Below, piece by piece: positions 55,201 through 64,000 of a DNA stretch of 64,000 nt (positions are counted from its first letter, which is position 1; each line of letters begins with the position of its first letter). The notes below the pieces were generated by a model, which was not told where the DNA came from, did no database searches, and was given only the letters and a program-made list of their open reading frames with translations. The translations under genes were made by a program, and so were the position numbers. The stretch is taken from positions 1 through 64,000 of IMG/VR virus record IMGVR_UViG_3300036770_003943. One strand, written 5' to 3'.

Positions 55201-55407
55201 TTATTTGTTTTTATCCGTAGGACTTTCACCAGTAAGTGATGGCCTAGCAAACCAAAGTTTAAACCATTCATCGCTTCCAGGTCTAATATTATGCTTACGT
55301 TGATATTCAGCTTTACTCGTGCCTATACTACCACTCACTGGACTGTCACTGCCGTCTGTTTTTTCATGAATGCCTGCTAGTATCCTAAGTTTATCTAAAT
55401 CATCCAA
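55201..55407 (-). CDS. Small hypothetical protein
   Basis: IRPGSDEWFKLWF motif; start uncertain (TTG 55407). Confidence 0.6.
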   Translation of the reverse strand: MDDLDKLRILAGIHEKTDGSDSPVSGSIGTSKAEYQRKHNIRPGSDEWFKLWFARPSLTGESPTDKNK

Positions 55408-56146
55408 TGATAAATCCCCCGTAACCTCCGCCGTCAACATAATTCTTTAGATCTTCTTCTAGTTTTTCTATGTCTGCTTGTGCTTCACTTTTTAATGCGT
55501 CTCCATTTAAACTGGTCCCACCTTGTGGACCGGCAATGGTGGCAAACTTACTACGTGCTTCTCCTAACATAAACTTGGCCTTGGCAAAAGCGTAATCTCT
55601 CAACCAACCTGTAGCATAAGGATCCGTTAATAAATCTTCTTCGTCACGTTCAATCCAACACCACAAATACATAGTGTCATCTGATCTAAATTTACGATGA
55701 AACACAATTGTTTTATCAGTTTGTACAAAATGAAAAGTAACATAGCCGCCGAACATTCTTGCCAAAAGCTCACGTCTGTCAGCATACAATTCATAATTCA
55801 TTAGACCAGGAAAATTAGTAGCATTTTGTAGCAGCATGTTATTAAGGTACATAGTATTAAAAGGCTCAAAGTCTACTCCAGTACCGCTAGTTCCAGCCGT
55901 ACCTGTTTGCCTTAGTATAGCTTCTCTTACTAAGACAACGTTAGTTGGCAACTGATATTCTTGCTTTTCTGGTATGATATCTAAGGGAATAAATCGTTCT
56001 GCTACGGCGCGACTGCTACGAGCTCTATATTTTCTAAATGCTTGACTTAGAGCGAGATCATAATGAGCAGAGTCGAGTTCTACATCGACCATGCCTCCTC
56101 CTAGTCTAAGTTCTATGTCTTTTATTACGTCTTCTTTAATACCCAT
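55400..56146 (-). CDS. gp13: Neck protein gp13-like
   Basis: RLG...VDVEL, W..DYA.A..K..LG..RSKF...GP.G...LNG..L..E. Confidence 0.88.
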   Translation of the reverse strand: MGIKEDVIKDIELRLGGGMVDVELDSAHYDLALSQAFRKYRARSSRAVAERFIPLDIIPEKQEYQLPTNVVLVREAILRQTGTAGTSGTGVDFEPFNTMYLNNMLLQNATNFPGLMNYELYADRRELLARMFGGYVTFHFVQTDKTIVFHRKFRSDDTMYLWCWIERDEEDLLTDPYATGWLRDYAFAKAKFMLGEARSKFATIAGPQGGTSLNGDALKSEAQADIEKLEEDLKNYVDGGGYGGFIIG

Positions 56147-56181
56147 AAAAAATCCCCCGATAATATATTTATCGAGGGATT
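56147..56181 (-). terminator. 12-bp hairpin plus U run containing a late TAAATA box
   Basis: AAUCCCUCGAUA-AAUAUAU-UAUCGGGGGAUU-UUUU-AUG. Confidence 0.7.
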
Positions 56182-56193
56182 AAGTATATGATA

Positions 56194-57390
56194 CTACTTA
56201 TAAACTTTGACTAAGACTGTTTCAGACCCAATACGTCCATTTAGTTTAATTTCGGTACTCTTAATACCTTTAAACCATTTTTTAGCTGCGGGTTTGCCAG
56301 TATCTGAGAACTCTTTAATTTGCTTGTCAGGCTTGCGTAGAGTTTTTTGGACACTAGTGGCTTCATCAAATCCAAAGATCTTTGACCCTTTTACACTGAG
56401 CTTACCCATATGGCTGTCAGCAATGTAAATACCCAACTTACGAGTCTTTGTATTATATACCCACAGTTCTTCCGCTGTAAGAATGTTAACTGGGTCCACA
56501 CTTTTAAGTTTTAAGTCAGCAAACTCTTTGAGATACTGTAGTTTAGCAACTACTTTTTCCGGCGGCACTGCTTTCTTTTTACGCGGAGCTTTAGCTGCCT
56601 TTTTAATCATGCCATAACTATTACAGTCATTAAGAGCTTGTTGCCACCAAGCAATTACAGCCTTGACTTGCCGCTTGCCCCAATGTTTATATGCTTCTAC
56701 TAACTGTCCTTCTTTGCCTTCGGCAACTAGTTCAAATTCATTAATGTTTCGTTGAACAGTGTTAGCAATGTATTTGACATGAGCAGGTTGAATATTGTGC
56801 CTAGTTAACAAGTCGACTAATTTTGGATCTCCTTTAAAGTCATTTTTGATAAAATCATCAAACGCACCTTCTAGGTCTCCCATACAGCCTTGAGCTTTTT
56901 CACGTAGGCGATCTTGAATGTTGAACTTAGGTACAACTGGCTTGGCCTGTTCGATGGCTACTGGAATTAATTTTGAATCATGTCCAGTCAATTTGAGTGC
57001 TCGGACCACACTACGTAAGGTACCGAACTTTAGCTTAAGTCCTAGTCGGCCAGCACGTAGAATAAAGCCAATAGTGCTTCCGGGACTAAGTTCTCCTTTT
57101 TTGATAGCTTCAACTTGACTGCGTCGACGTGGGTTACGGTTAAGGAATTCTAGCAGCCATTCCTGGCTTTGCTTGCTGTCTTGTGTAAAATTATACCAAT
57201 TTAAAGTGCGAGCAACACGAATACGATACTCACGATGACTCCAAATATCTTGTTCATCTAAACCAGGATGCTGCGGTTCGCTTCCCACATATTTGGCATC
57301 GGCATCTTTATAGACGACAGCTTTAGGCGCAGGCTCAAAACGCCAAGCAATTTTATTTCCGCTTAGTTTTGGTTGTTTTCGAGTTGCCAT
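56194..57390 (-). CDS. Hypothetical protein
   Basis: 398-aa basic ORF with AGGAG RBS. Confidence 0.8.
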   Translation of the reverse strand: MATRKQPKLSGNKIAWRFEPAPKAVVYKDADAKYVGSEPQHPGLDEQDIWSHREYRIRVARTLNWYNFTQDSKQSQEWLLEFLNRNPRRRSQVEAIKKGELSPGSTIGFILRAGRLGLKLKFGTLRSVVRALKLTGHDSKLIPVAIEQAKPVVPKFNIQDRLREKAQGCMGDLEGAFDDFIKNDFKGDPKLVDLLTRHNIQPAHVKYIANTVQRNINEFELVAEGKEGQLVEAYKHWGKRQVKAVIAWWQQALNDCNSYGMIKKAAKAPRKKKAVPPEKVVAKLQYLKEFADLKLKSVDPVNILTAEELWVYNTKTRKLGIYIADSHMGKLSVKGSKIFGFDEATSVQKTLRKPDKQIKEFSDTGKPAAKKWFKGIKSTEIKLNGRIGSETVLVKVYK

Positions 57391-57817
57391 ACTTTCTCCT
57401 AATTAGTTCAAATGCCTTATGCATCAATAATGATTCTTTACTATAGGCTTCAATTTCCCATGGTCTGTCCAAATACTTGTTTTTAGTTAGTTTACCTAAC
57501 CAAAAATAACCATATCGTTTATTATGAGGTTTGATCTTTAATTGTCCAAGAACAAACTGTTTGATATGTACCATTTCATGTGCTAGTATCCTAGCCATTT
57601 TGTCTTGTTTCAATGTACTCTGTAAGAAAATGAAATACTGCCCATCATGTTCGGTAGCAAAGCCATCTGCTTCAAAACTACTCTGAACATCCCGACGAGT
57701 TACTATAGTAACACTTTTTGGATTTTTGTCCAATTTTAATAGCAAGGCATAGGCCTGCGCCAATTCAACGAGTACCTCTCGTTTTAACTTGCTACGACAA
57801 TTAGCTTGAATGTCCAT
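57353..57817 (-). CDS. Zn metallopeptidase (HExxH, SprT/ImmA-like)
   Basis: LAHEMVHIKQ and PWEIEAY. Confidence 0.8.
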   Translation of the reverse strand: MDIQANCRSKLKREVLVELAQAYALLLKLDKNPKSVTIVTRRDVQSSFEADGFATEHDGQYFIFLQSTLKQDKMARILAHEMVHIKQFVLGQLKIKPHNKRYGYFWLGKLTKNKYLDRPWEIEAYSKESLLMHKAFELIRRKYGNSKTTKTKRK

Positions 57818-57853
57818 TTTCACAGTATAGCAAATTAGTCATTTTATGTCAAT

Positions 57854-57875
57854 AAAAAACCCGCCTAAGCGGGTT
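57854..57875 (-). terminator. Intrinsic terminator after the porin gene
   Basis: AACCCGC-TTAG-GCGGGTT followed by TTTT. Confidence 0.8.
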
Positions 57876-57892
57876 AAATTAAGTTCCTACGA

Positions 57893-58912
57893 TTAGAAAC
57901 GATGACGCACTCCAACGCCCATTACACGAGTATCTGCCCATGCTGCGTTAGTACGATTAACTCCATCATTTGTGTAGTCAGTGTCACGCAGAGCTGCGTA
58001 GATGTCTGTACGCTTGCTCATAGCATGACTTACTCCCAGTGCCCAACTAGCTGTTTCAGCACTGCGGCTACCTACAAAATTGTGGTCGAAGTGGCTGTAA
58101 CTAGCCATAATGGTATTGCCTTTGCCCATCGGCAAACTAGCACCAATGCTGTAACCTTTATCTTCTTTGGTTACTAGATCACTGTTTTCTACACGATTCC
58201 ATTGTGCGAATAGTTTGGCTTTTTTCAAGTCAATGCTGACGCCACTGATGAACGATGTCATATTATGACGTCCTGGTCCAGCATCAATTTCTTGCCATGT
58301 AGCGGTAAAACCAACTGGGCCTTGAAACATCATTGCTCCAACACTTTTACCACCTTGTTTACTGCCAAACGCATCGTCTTGTACACCAGCTGAATATACA
58401 CCAGTTAGTGCCAATGGACCAGCATTAGTTTTAACTAAAACAGAATTGTTCCAGCCTGTGTCGCTGCCACCGCCTGCTAGATTATAGTTGTTTACACCAA
58501 AACGCTGTGTAACCATGGGAGAAAATACAAAACTATCGCCTAACGCATTAAACGCAATAGTTGAAATAAAGTAAGGAGTGGTTACACGACCTACTTGTAG
58601 TTCAGCCGCCTTGTTGCTTAATCCAACATAGGCATTGCGAGCAAACATTACATCGCCATTAAAACGTCCTTGTTGAGCAGTGTCTGGGCGTAAAAATTGT
58701 TCTAATACAACATTAGCCTTTACTCCGCCACTTAGGTCTTCCGAACTACGAATACCAATGTAACTGGTTGTCATACCGCCGGCGTTAACCTGTGCAGGCG
58801 ATTTACCGTCAGTCTTACCAACATAACCGTCGACTAGACCATATATACTGGTTTGAGCTTGTGCTAATGAAGCAGCTCCAGCAAGTAATGCTGCCAATAA
58901 AAGTTTTTTCAT
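57893..58912 (-). CDS. Gram-negative general porin (betaproteobacterial type)
   Basis: Signal peptide, SIYG.VD.Y, S..G.R.SEDL.GG, R.A.VGL, Y..SKRT..Y, GVRHRF terminal Phe. Confidence 0.93.
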   Translation of the reverse strand: MKKLLLAALLAGAASLAQAQTSIYGLVDGYVGKTDGKSPAQVNAGGMTTSYIGIRSSEDLSGGVKANVVLEQFLRPDTAQQGRFNGDVMFARNAYVGLSNKAAELQVGRVTTPYFISTIAFNALGDSFVFSPMVTQRFGVNNYNLAGGGSDTGWNNSVLVKTNAGPLALTGVYSAGVQDDAFGSKQGGKSVGAMMFQGPVGFTATWQEIDAGPGRHNMTSFISGVSIDLKKAKLFAQWNRVENSDLVTKEDKGYSIGASLPMGKGNTIMASYSHFDHNFVGSRSAETASWALGVSHAMSKRTDIYAALRDTDYTNDGVNRTNAAWADTRVMGVGVRHRF

Positions 58913-59106
58913 TCTTGTTTCCTTTTTAAAATCATATACACTAATATATAGTTGCTTTTACCTATTAATGTACATGTAGTCATTATTTAAATCATCTCTT
59001 ACGGTAGGATAAAACAAACTATAACTATTATCGTTGTAGATTAGCAACAATAATATACCTACTTAAATTGAAAAGATAAAAATCAATAGCAGGTAAATAC
59101 TATACT

Positions 59107-60153
59107 ATGCCTAGACTAAGCCTTTGGAAAACAGAAAAAACATCTGACTATCACTTTATGGATAAAGTGATTCGCGAACAATTTTTGGTTGGTGGTACTG
59201 GAGTTTTGGTACACAAATATCTTAAGCCGGCGGATCAAGGAGCCAGTAATGATGCTACCAGACCTAACTATAATGTTGAAAGTGAACTAAACGAAACTAA
59301 AATACAAGATCTATTATTTCTCGAAAATAGAGATAGAATTTATGATCCTGACATTTATGAACTACGTGGAGTATATAATGTAGGGGATCAAGACTTTGAC
59401 TTAACGCAGTTTGGGTTATTTCTTAGTGCTGATACTATTTTTATTACGTTTCACACCAATGATATGGTAGAACGAATGGGACGTAAGCTCATGGCTGGAG
59501 ATGTATTAGAATTACCGCATGTTAGAGACGACTTACTGTTAGATCAAACTAAACCAGCAATTAATAAATTCTATGTGGTACAAGATGCCAGTCGTGCTGC
59601 CGAGGGGTTTAGCCAAACTTGGTATCCTCATATATGGCGTGTCAAAGCTAGCCCGATGACTGATGCTCAAGAATATCGAGACATTCTTCAGAAAGTATCT
59701 GAAAACAATGTAGATACTTTAAAAGATGCCCTAAGCACATATCAGCGTGAATTAGAAATAAGCAATGCTATAGTTGAACGAGGTCAACAATTAGCTCCAA
59801 CTATTTTAGACAATGATAATAACCTATTAACCGATGCTACTAAAGGCTATCAGAAAAATGCCGACGATGTATATGATCACGGAGAAACTTTGGCTTCGGG
59901 ATTAAGTTTTCCAATTAACCCGCAGCAAGGCGATTTCTTTCAACGTACAGATTACAGCCCGCCAGTATTGTTTGTATATCGTGGTACAAGATGGCAAAGA
60001 ATGTCTGTACAAAATGGTGCTGTAGATGTTAAAGATAAAAACTTAAACGCAGCCCCGTTCATTAACAATGATGCTACCACTGTGGTAGGAAATGAAGAAG
60101 TTCCAGAGCGTCAAGCTCTAAGCCAAGTTATCAAACCCAAAACGGATTTCTAA
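59107..60153 (+). CDS. gp14: Neck protein gp14-like (head-tail connector)
   Basis: MPRLSLW..., FLENRDR.YD, DL.QFGL, GRKLM.GDVLELPH. Confidence 0.7.
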   Translation: MPRLSLWKTEKTSDYHFMDKVIREQFLVGGTGVLVHKYLKPADQGASNDATRPNYNVESELNETKIQDLLFLENRDRIYDPDIYELRGVYNVGDQDFDLTQFGLFLSADTIFITFHTNDMVERMGRKLMAGDVLELPHVRDDLLLDQTKPAINKFYVVQDASRAAEGFSQTWYPHIWRVKASPMTDAQEYRDILQKVSENNVDTLKDALSTYQRELEISNAIVERGQQLAPTILDNDNNLLTDATKGYQKNADDVYDHGETLASGLSFPINPQQGDFFQRTDYSPPVLFVYRGTRWQRMSVQNGAVDVKDKNLNAAPFINNDATTVVGNEEVPERQALSQVIKPKTDF

Positions 60154-60155
60154 CT

Positions 60156-60293
60156 ATGCACATTTATAGAATAAAAAATTTAGTTAATGGCAAGATATAT
60201 ATAGGCCAAACTGTACAAAAAAATCCTAAGATGAGATGGTGCGCCCATATCAATAATGCTAGAAAAGGAGGCGACAGTTTAACGCTGTTGTAA
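60156..60293 (+). pseudogene. Truncated GIY-YIG homing endonuclease (45 codons)
   Basis: MHIYRIKNLVNGKIYIGQT.....MRW..H; stops before the catalytic Glu. Confidence 0.8.
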
Positions 60294-60297
60294 GACT

Positions 60298-61650
60298 ATC
60301 AATTTTTTTTACGATGAACAAATAAGAAGATACCTAACGCAGTTCATGCGTATATTGGGTGGCTTTAGTGTCAAAACTGGTAAGGACAGAAATGGCAATG
60401 AGACCTACATACAAGTACCAGTAAGATATGGTGATATCAACCGTATGGCTGCTCACATCCTTAAGAATCAAAGTGAGAACATGATCAACACTGTGCCTTT
60501 TATCAGTTGTTATGTGACTGATTTACAGATTAGTGCTGAACGTAGAATGAATCCAACTCATACTGATAAGGTCAGAGTTTATGAAAAGAAATTCGATACG
60601 ACCACCGGAGAGTATATAGATAGTGAAGTAGGTAATACTTATACTATCGAAAGATATATGCCAGTGCCCTACGACCTTACAGTACAAGTAGATATATGGA
60701 CTAGTAATACAGATCAAAAATTACAAATATTAGAACAATTACTAGTGTTGTTTAACCCTAGTATTAACTTAAAAACTAACGACAATCCTTTTGATTGGAG
60801 TAATTTAACTTATACAGAATTAGTCAACGTAGTATGGAGTGTAAGACAAGTTCCGTCAGGGACTGATGATATCATTGACGTAGCAGCGTTAAACTTTACA
60901 TTGCCTATATTAATAAACCCCCCAGCAAAAGTAAAACGTCAAACTCTAATACATACCATACTGACTGAAATACGCAGATTGCGAGATGATCAAGAACTTG
61001 ACTGGGTGCCATCAAACCCTACTCCAAACAAAGAATGGGTCGTTGTTACTTTTGAAAACTTTAAACTACAGGTACGAATAGAAGGGGATCACGCACTCTT
61101 ACTTAATAGTTCTGGTGGAAATACCGATGCCAATGGTGATGTTTTAAGTTGGGAAGAAGTTCTTAAACCATTCGGCGAATTAAGATTGGGCATTAGTAAT
61201 TTGAGACTGCGTAGAGGAGCAGATCCTAGCGATTTCAGCGAAGATATTATCGCAACGTTCACAGGTTTAGATCCAACTGTTTTAAACAAGGCTTATATAT
61301 CCTTGGATACTGATAGTTTACCCAGTGCTACTGTGCCTGCAGTAAATGCTATTATTAACCCTACTAAGTCTGCCCCAGGATCTGGGTTACCGACAGCAGT
61401 AACTAACCAACGGTATCTTGTTCTTCAAGCAGTACCACAAAGTACATTTTGGGGAGTAAACACCGCGAAAGCCAATGACATAATTCAATATAACGGCAGT
61501 TCATGGATAGTTAGCTTTGATAGTTCAAGCAATTCTAGTGCCGTTGTCTTAAATACTGCTACAGGATATCTTTACGAATGGCGCAATCAACAATGGATCA
61601 GCGCAGTTGAAGGTACATATCAAAACGGTTATTGGAGATTGTATTTGTGA
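60298..61650 (+). CDS. gp15: Tail terminator/sheath stabiliser gp15-like; start codon uncertain (ATC 60298 or ATG 60346)
   Basis: FFYDEQIRRYL.QF.R, VP..YG, P.I, MPVPY.L...VDIW.SN.DQK.Q..EQ...LFNP. Confidence 0.85.
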   Translation: MNFFYDEQIRRYLTQFMRILGGFSVKTGKDRNGNETYIQVPVRYGDINRMAAHILKNQSENMINTVPFISCYVTDLQISAERRMNPTHTDKVRVYEKKFDTTTGEYIDSEVGNTYTIERYMPVPYDLTVQVDIWTSNTDQKLQILEQLLVLFNPSINLKTNDNPFDWSNLTYTELVNVVWSVRQVPSGTDDIIDVAALNFTLPILINPPAKVKRQTLIHTILTEIRRLRDDQELDWVPSNPTPNKEWVVVTFENFKLQVRIEGDHALLLNSSGGNTDANGDVLSWEEVLKPFGELRLGISNLRLRRGADPSDFSEDIIATFTGLDPTVLNKAYISLDTDSLPSATVPAVNAIINPTKSAPGSGLPTAVTNQRYLVLQAVPQSTFWGVNTAKANDIIQYNGSSWIVSFDSSSNSSAVVLNTATGYLYEWRNQQWISAVEGTYQNGYWRLYL

Positions 61651-62123
61651 AGCAGTTTAAAGGAGTTGGTGGTATAATAGTTAGTGAAAAAACAGGCAAA
61701 GTTCTAACAGTGTTACGTAGCAGCAAAGAAACCCATCCTAATACTTGGACTTTTGCGGGTGGTAAAGTAGATGCCAATGAAACAGCCAGCCAAGCTCTAA
61801 TCAGAGAACTAGAAGAAGAATTACAACTTATCAAAGTTAAAAAAATTATTCCCTTACATAGGTATCAAAGTAGAAGCAAAGATTTCATCTACGATACTTT
61901 TATTGTGTTAGTAAAACAAGAATTTATTCCTGAATTAAACTGGGAAAATAGTGGTTATGCTTGGACATATATAAATACTTTACCAACACCATTACACCCT
62001 AAGACAAGACAAATGATTACATCTAGCAGAATTATCAATAAGTTTAATAATTTTTATACTTGGGTAGACAAGAAGAATGGCAGCGACGATAATACCATTT
62101 CCGAAGAGCGAGTCGGCACTTAA
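61647..62123 (+). CDS. NUDIX hydrolase
   Basis: W..AGGKVD.NET..QA..RELEEE Nudix box; GTGA overlap with the gp15 stop. Confidence 0.9.
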   Translation: MKQFKGVGGIIVSEKTGKVLTVLRSSKETHPNTWTFAGGKVDANETASQALIRELEEELQLIKVKKIIPLHRYQSRSKDFIYDTFIVLVKQEFIPELNWENSGYAWTYINTLPTPLHPKTRQMITSSRIINKFNNFYTWVDKKNGSDDNTISEERVGT

Positions 62124-62466
62124 AAAAGCTCGCAGCTTGGACCTTTATTACTGCTGGGACAGCAGGCTTAATAATCCTTTACTCAACAGCATATACCGTC
62201 AAGAAACTAGTTATGTAGAAAGATGGTTTCTACAAAGTCAATACTTATTAAATCAAGAAGAACTAGACCATCCCATCATGAAACAATTATTAACCAAAGA
62301 AGATAATACCCTAAGTTTACTTATTGATGTTACAGAAAAAGATTTAGCTGTTCAAAGATATTTTAGTGATGTAATTAATTATGACAGTGTTACAGTTAAT
62401 GTTAATAAGCTAAACAGATGGATGGCTAAGTGGCAATGTCTACAACAATATCGTCAACGACGCTAA
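62077..62466 (+). CDS. Hypothetical protein
   Basis: 129-aa ORF with AAGAAGA upstream. Confidence 0.65.
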   Translation: MAATIIPFPKSESALKKARSLDLYYCWDSRLNNPLLNSIYRQETSYVERWFLQSQYLLNQEELDHPIMKQLLTKEDNTLSLLIDVTEKDLAVQRYFSDVINYDSVTVNVNKLNRWMAKWQCLQQYRQRR

Positions 62467-63064
62467 AAGCCTTAGTGCCAATGTGAAGTAATTCGGCAGT
62501 TGTTTTTACGTCTAGCCAAGCTGTTATGTTTTTAGCTAACACTTTTCTAAAAAACTCTATATCTTCACCGGTATATTGCATTTGATTAGGATGAAACGCT
62601 ATCTCAAACCATGGTAATTCGATTTCATCAAACACAGTAATTTTGATTAGACAAAACCCCAAGGCCATACATTCAACGGGTATATGACTTTCGGTCTGTT
62701 CAGCTACATCTATATAACTTTCCCAAGCGTCAATTTTATGCCAAGCTGTAGTAATATAAGGTTCAACTCTTTTACTATAAGCAGCACCCACTAGATCTTC
62801 ATCAAATTGAATAAGATTTAAAACATGTTCAGGCTCAAATTGAATGTCACTGTCAATGAATAAAACATGCGTAGCTCCCCACTCATAAGCACACATTACT
62901 AGTTCATGTCTTTGATTTACGATTAATGTGCCTGGACATAAAAACAATCTATGTTCAATTTCATTTTTAGTTAAGAACTCACTGAGATTATACATGCTAT
63001 AGGCAAAGGCACTATGTACAGTATCTCTCGCTGGTACACAAACAGCAATTTTTACTTGATTCAT
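62426..63064 (-). CDS. Glycosyltransferase family 2-like protein
   Basis: V.VP.RD, LFIDSD (DxD), GFCLI...VF, PWF, GED..F. Confidence 0.82.
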   Translation of the reverse strand: MNQVKIAVCVPARDTVHSAFAYSMYNLSEFLTKNEIEHRLFLCPGTLIVNQRHELVMCAYEWGATHVLFIDSDIQFEPEHVLNLIQFDEDLVGAAYSKRVEPYITTAWHKIDAWESYIDVAEQTESHIPVECMALGFCLIKITVFDEIELPWFEIAFHPNQMQYTGEDIEFFRKVLAKNITAWLDVKTTAELLHIGTKAFSVVDDIVVDIAT

Positions 63065-63597
63065 TTTACAGGTTTAAGAATAATACGTTGCTTGTTTAAG
63101 TTATTAGCAGTTTCGGTAGGTACTATACCAATCTCAGTTTCTGCTTTAACTGTAGCATTTTTTACTAGATTGGCCAACTTCAAACTATTCTGAATAGTTT
63201 TAATGTAACTTTCTTCGGGCAATCGAATTAACTTGGTCATAGTGTCTTCACTGAGTTTATCATTAACTAATAATTCAACAGCAGCAATTTTACCTAGTAG
63301 ATCAATCCAATAGTTTTCTTCGTAGGCCTGCCAATTTTTAACTACTCTTAGCATTTCTTGAATATTTTGTTGTTCTAAGTACTCTACTAACAAATCGTGT
63401 TCTTCTTTGAGGCATGTCTTTTCGTAGACAGGCAATTTAGAGTTAGCTAAATCACTGGTAATTTTTCTAACTCGATTAACGAGGCTAATGTAAAAACGTG
63501 CTTTACCTACTCCAGTATTTCCTCGGAAGTTTTCAAACTCGTAGCTACTTTCTACGTGATGCGGTGTTATTTCAAATAGTTCTTTTAATGATATCAT
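63061..63597 (-). CDS. Hypothetical helical protein
   Basis: 178-aa ORF, ATGA coupled. Confidence 0.75.
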   Translation of the reverse strand: MISLKELFEITPHHVESSYEFENFRGNTGVGKARFYISLVNRVRKITSDLANSKLPVYEKTCLKEEHDLLVEYLEQQNIQEMLRVVKNWQAYEENYWIDLLGKIAAVELLVNDKLSEDTMTKLIRLPEESYIKTIQNSLKLANLVKNATVKAETEIGIVPTETANNLNKQRIILKPVK

Positions 63598-64000
63598 AAA
63601 TGTAAACCAGTTAGAGTTTTGTCGTCGCCAATATATCCGACAGGAAAGGTATTAAATGCTAAACTTATTCTTGTTTTTTCATTTTCCACTGGCGGCACAT
63701 GATGACCAGTAGAACTTGGAAAAACTAAACAACTATACTGAGTAACAGGATACCACCAACTCGGACTATTAAACACATTGAATTCTTTTGCTGGTATGTC
63801 TAATTGTTTCCAAGAATCTTTATGGAAGTATATACGATCTGAATCGCTGGTTTGAATATAAAATACACCACTTAGAAAACTGTTTGGATGAGCATGTTTA
63901 TGATGGAATTGACCTTTTTCACTATAATTAAACCAGGTTTGAGTCAATCGAAGACGAATATCTTTTTCTGGACAATATAGTTGTGTGAAATATGTGTCCA
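63594..64000 (-). CDS. Fe(II)/2OG oxygenase (TIGR02466-like), 5' end beyond the window
   Basis: H.H.H.NS.LSGVFY, FPS...H.V......RISLAFN; frame open to the window edge. Confidence 0.85.
   Translation of the reverse strand, partial: DTYFTQLYCPEKDIRLRLTQTWFNYSEKGQFHHKHAHPNSFLSGVFYIQTSDSDRIYFHKDSWKQLDIPAKEFNVFNSPSWWYPVTQYSCLVFPSSTGHHVPPVENEKTRISLAFNTFPVGYIGDDKTLTGLHL

Noticed and set aside
36839-58912. Window is host chromosome or prophage because of porin, subtilase and AhpC
   Set aside because: These genes are interleaved with T4-like core genes at uniform density and share phage-type terminators and promoters; no integrase or housekeeping operon is present.
60156-60300. Complete group I intron or gene-60-style ribosomal bypass joining the ATG at 60156 to gp15
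   Set aside because: Only about 140 nt; a GACTA is present but no matching P7 partner or terminal G at a frame-restoring junction. A GAC-to-GAC hop stays in the wrong frame.
1310-61289. Numerous opposite-strand or alternate-frame ORFs of 60-150 aa in the track (e.g. 1310-1543, 5063-5422, 9117-9488, 12732-13118, 23267-23716)
   Set aside because: They are shadows fully inside well-supported genes, without RBS or promoter and with atypical composition.

Overview
This window is a segment of a large, AT-rich, T4-like (myovirus) bacteriophage genome read with the standard genetic code, with almost all genes on the minus strand. Core genes are readily recognised: nrdA/nrdB/glutaredoxin, gp41 helicase, primase, clamp-loader small subunit, UvsW/UvsX/UvsY, gp32, terminase, head-completion nuclease, tail tube/sheath, neck proteins and dNMP kinase. 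Accessory genes look host-derived (AhpC, porin, secreted subtilase, DUF4214-like protein, glycine-zipper protein, LuxR-type regulator) and point by inference to a Burkholderiales-like host. The most striking element is a circularly permuted two-piece tmRNA gene (tag ANDDYFYQEVKLAA). Its 117-nt intervening segment carries a strong RBS and a 52-codon ORF that spans the predicted RNase P site, so processing would release an exactly 35-codon nonstop mRNA, a possible self-sensing trans-translation circuit. Other highlights: a 187-aa 'mini-DnaE' with five Pol III motifs; a zero-gap promoter-RBS-ORF cassette array; late promoters placed inside RBS-sequestering hairpins at early/late boundaries; widespread apparently leaderless mRNAs; a ParB-like/T5orf172/Dam trio; two proteins sharing a selected 17-aa leader; and a GIY-YIG remnant that leaves gp15 without a canonical start codon. 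All family assignments come from motif recognition by eye; no searches were run.
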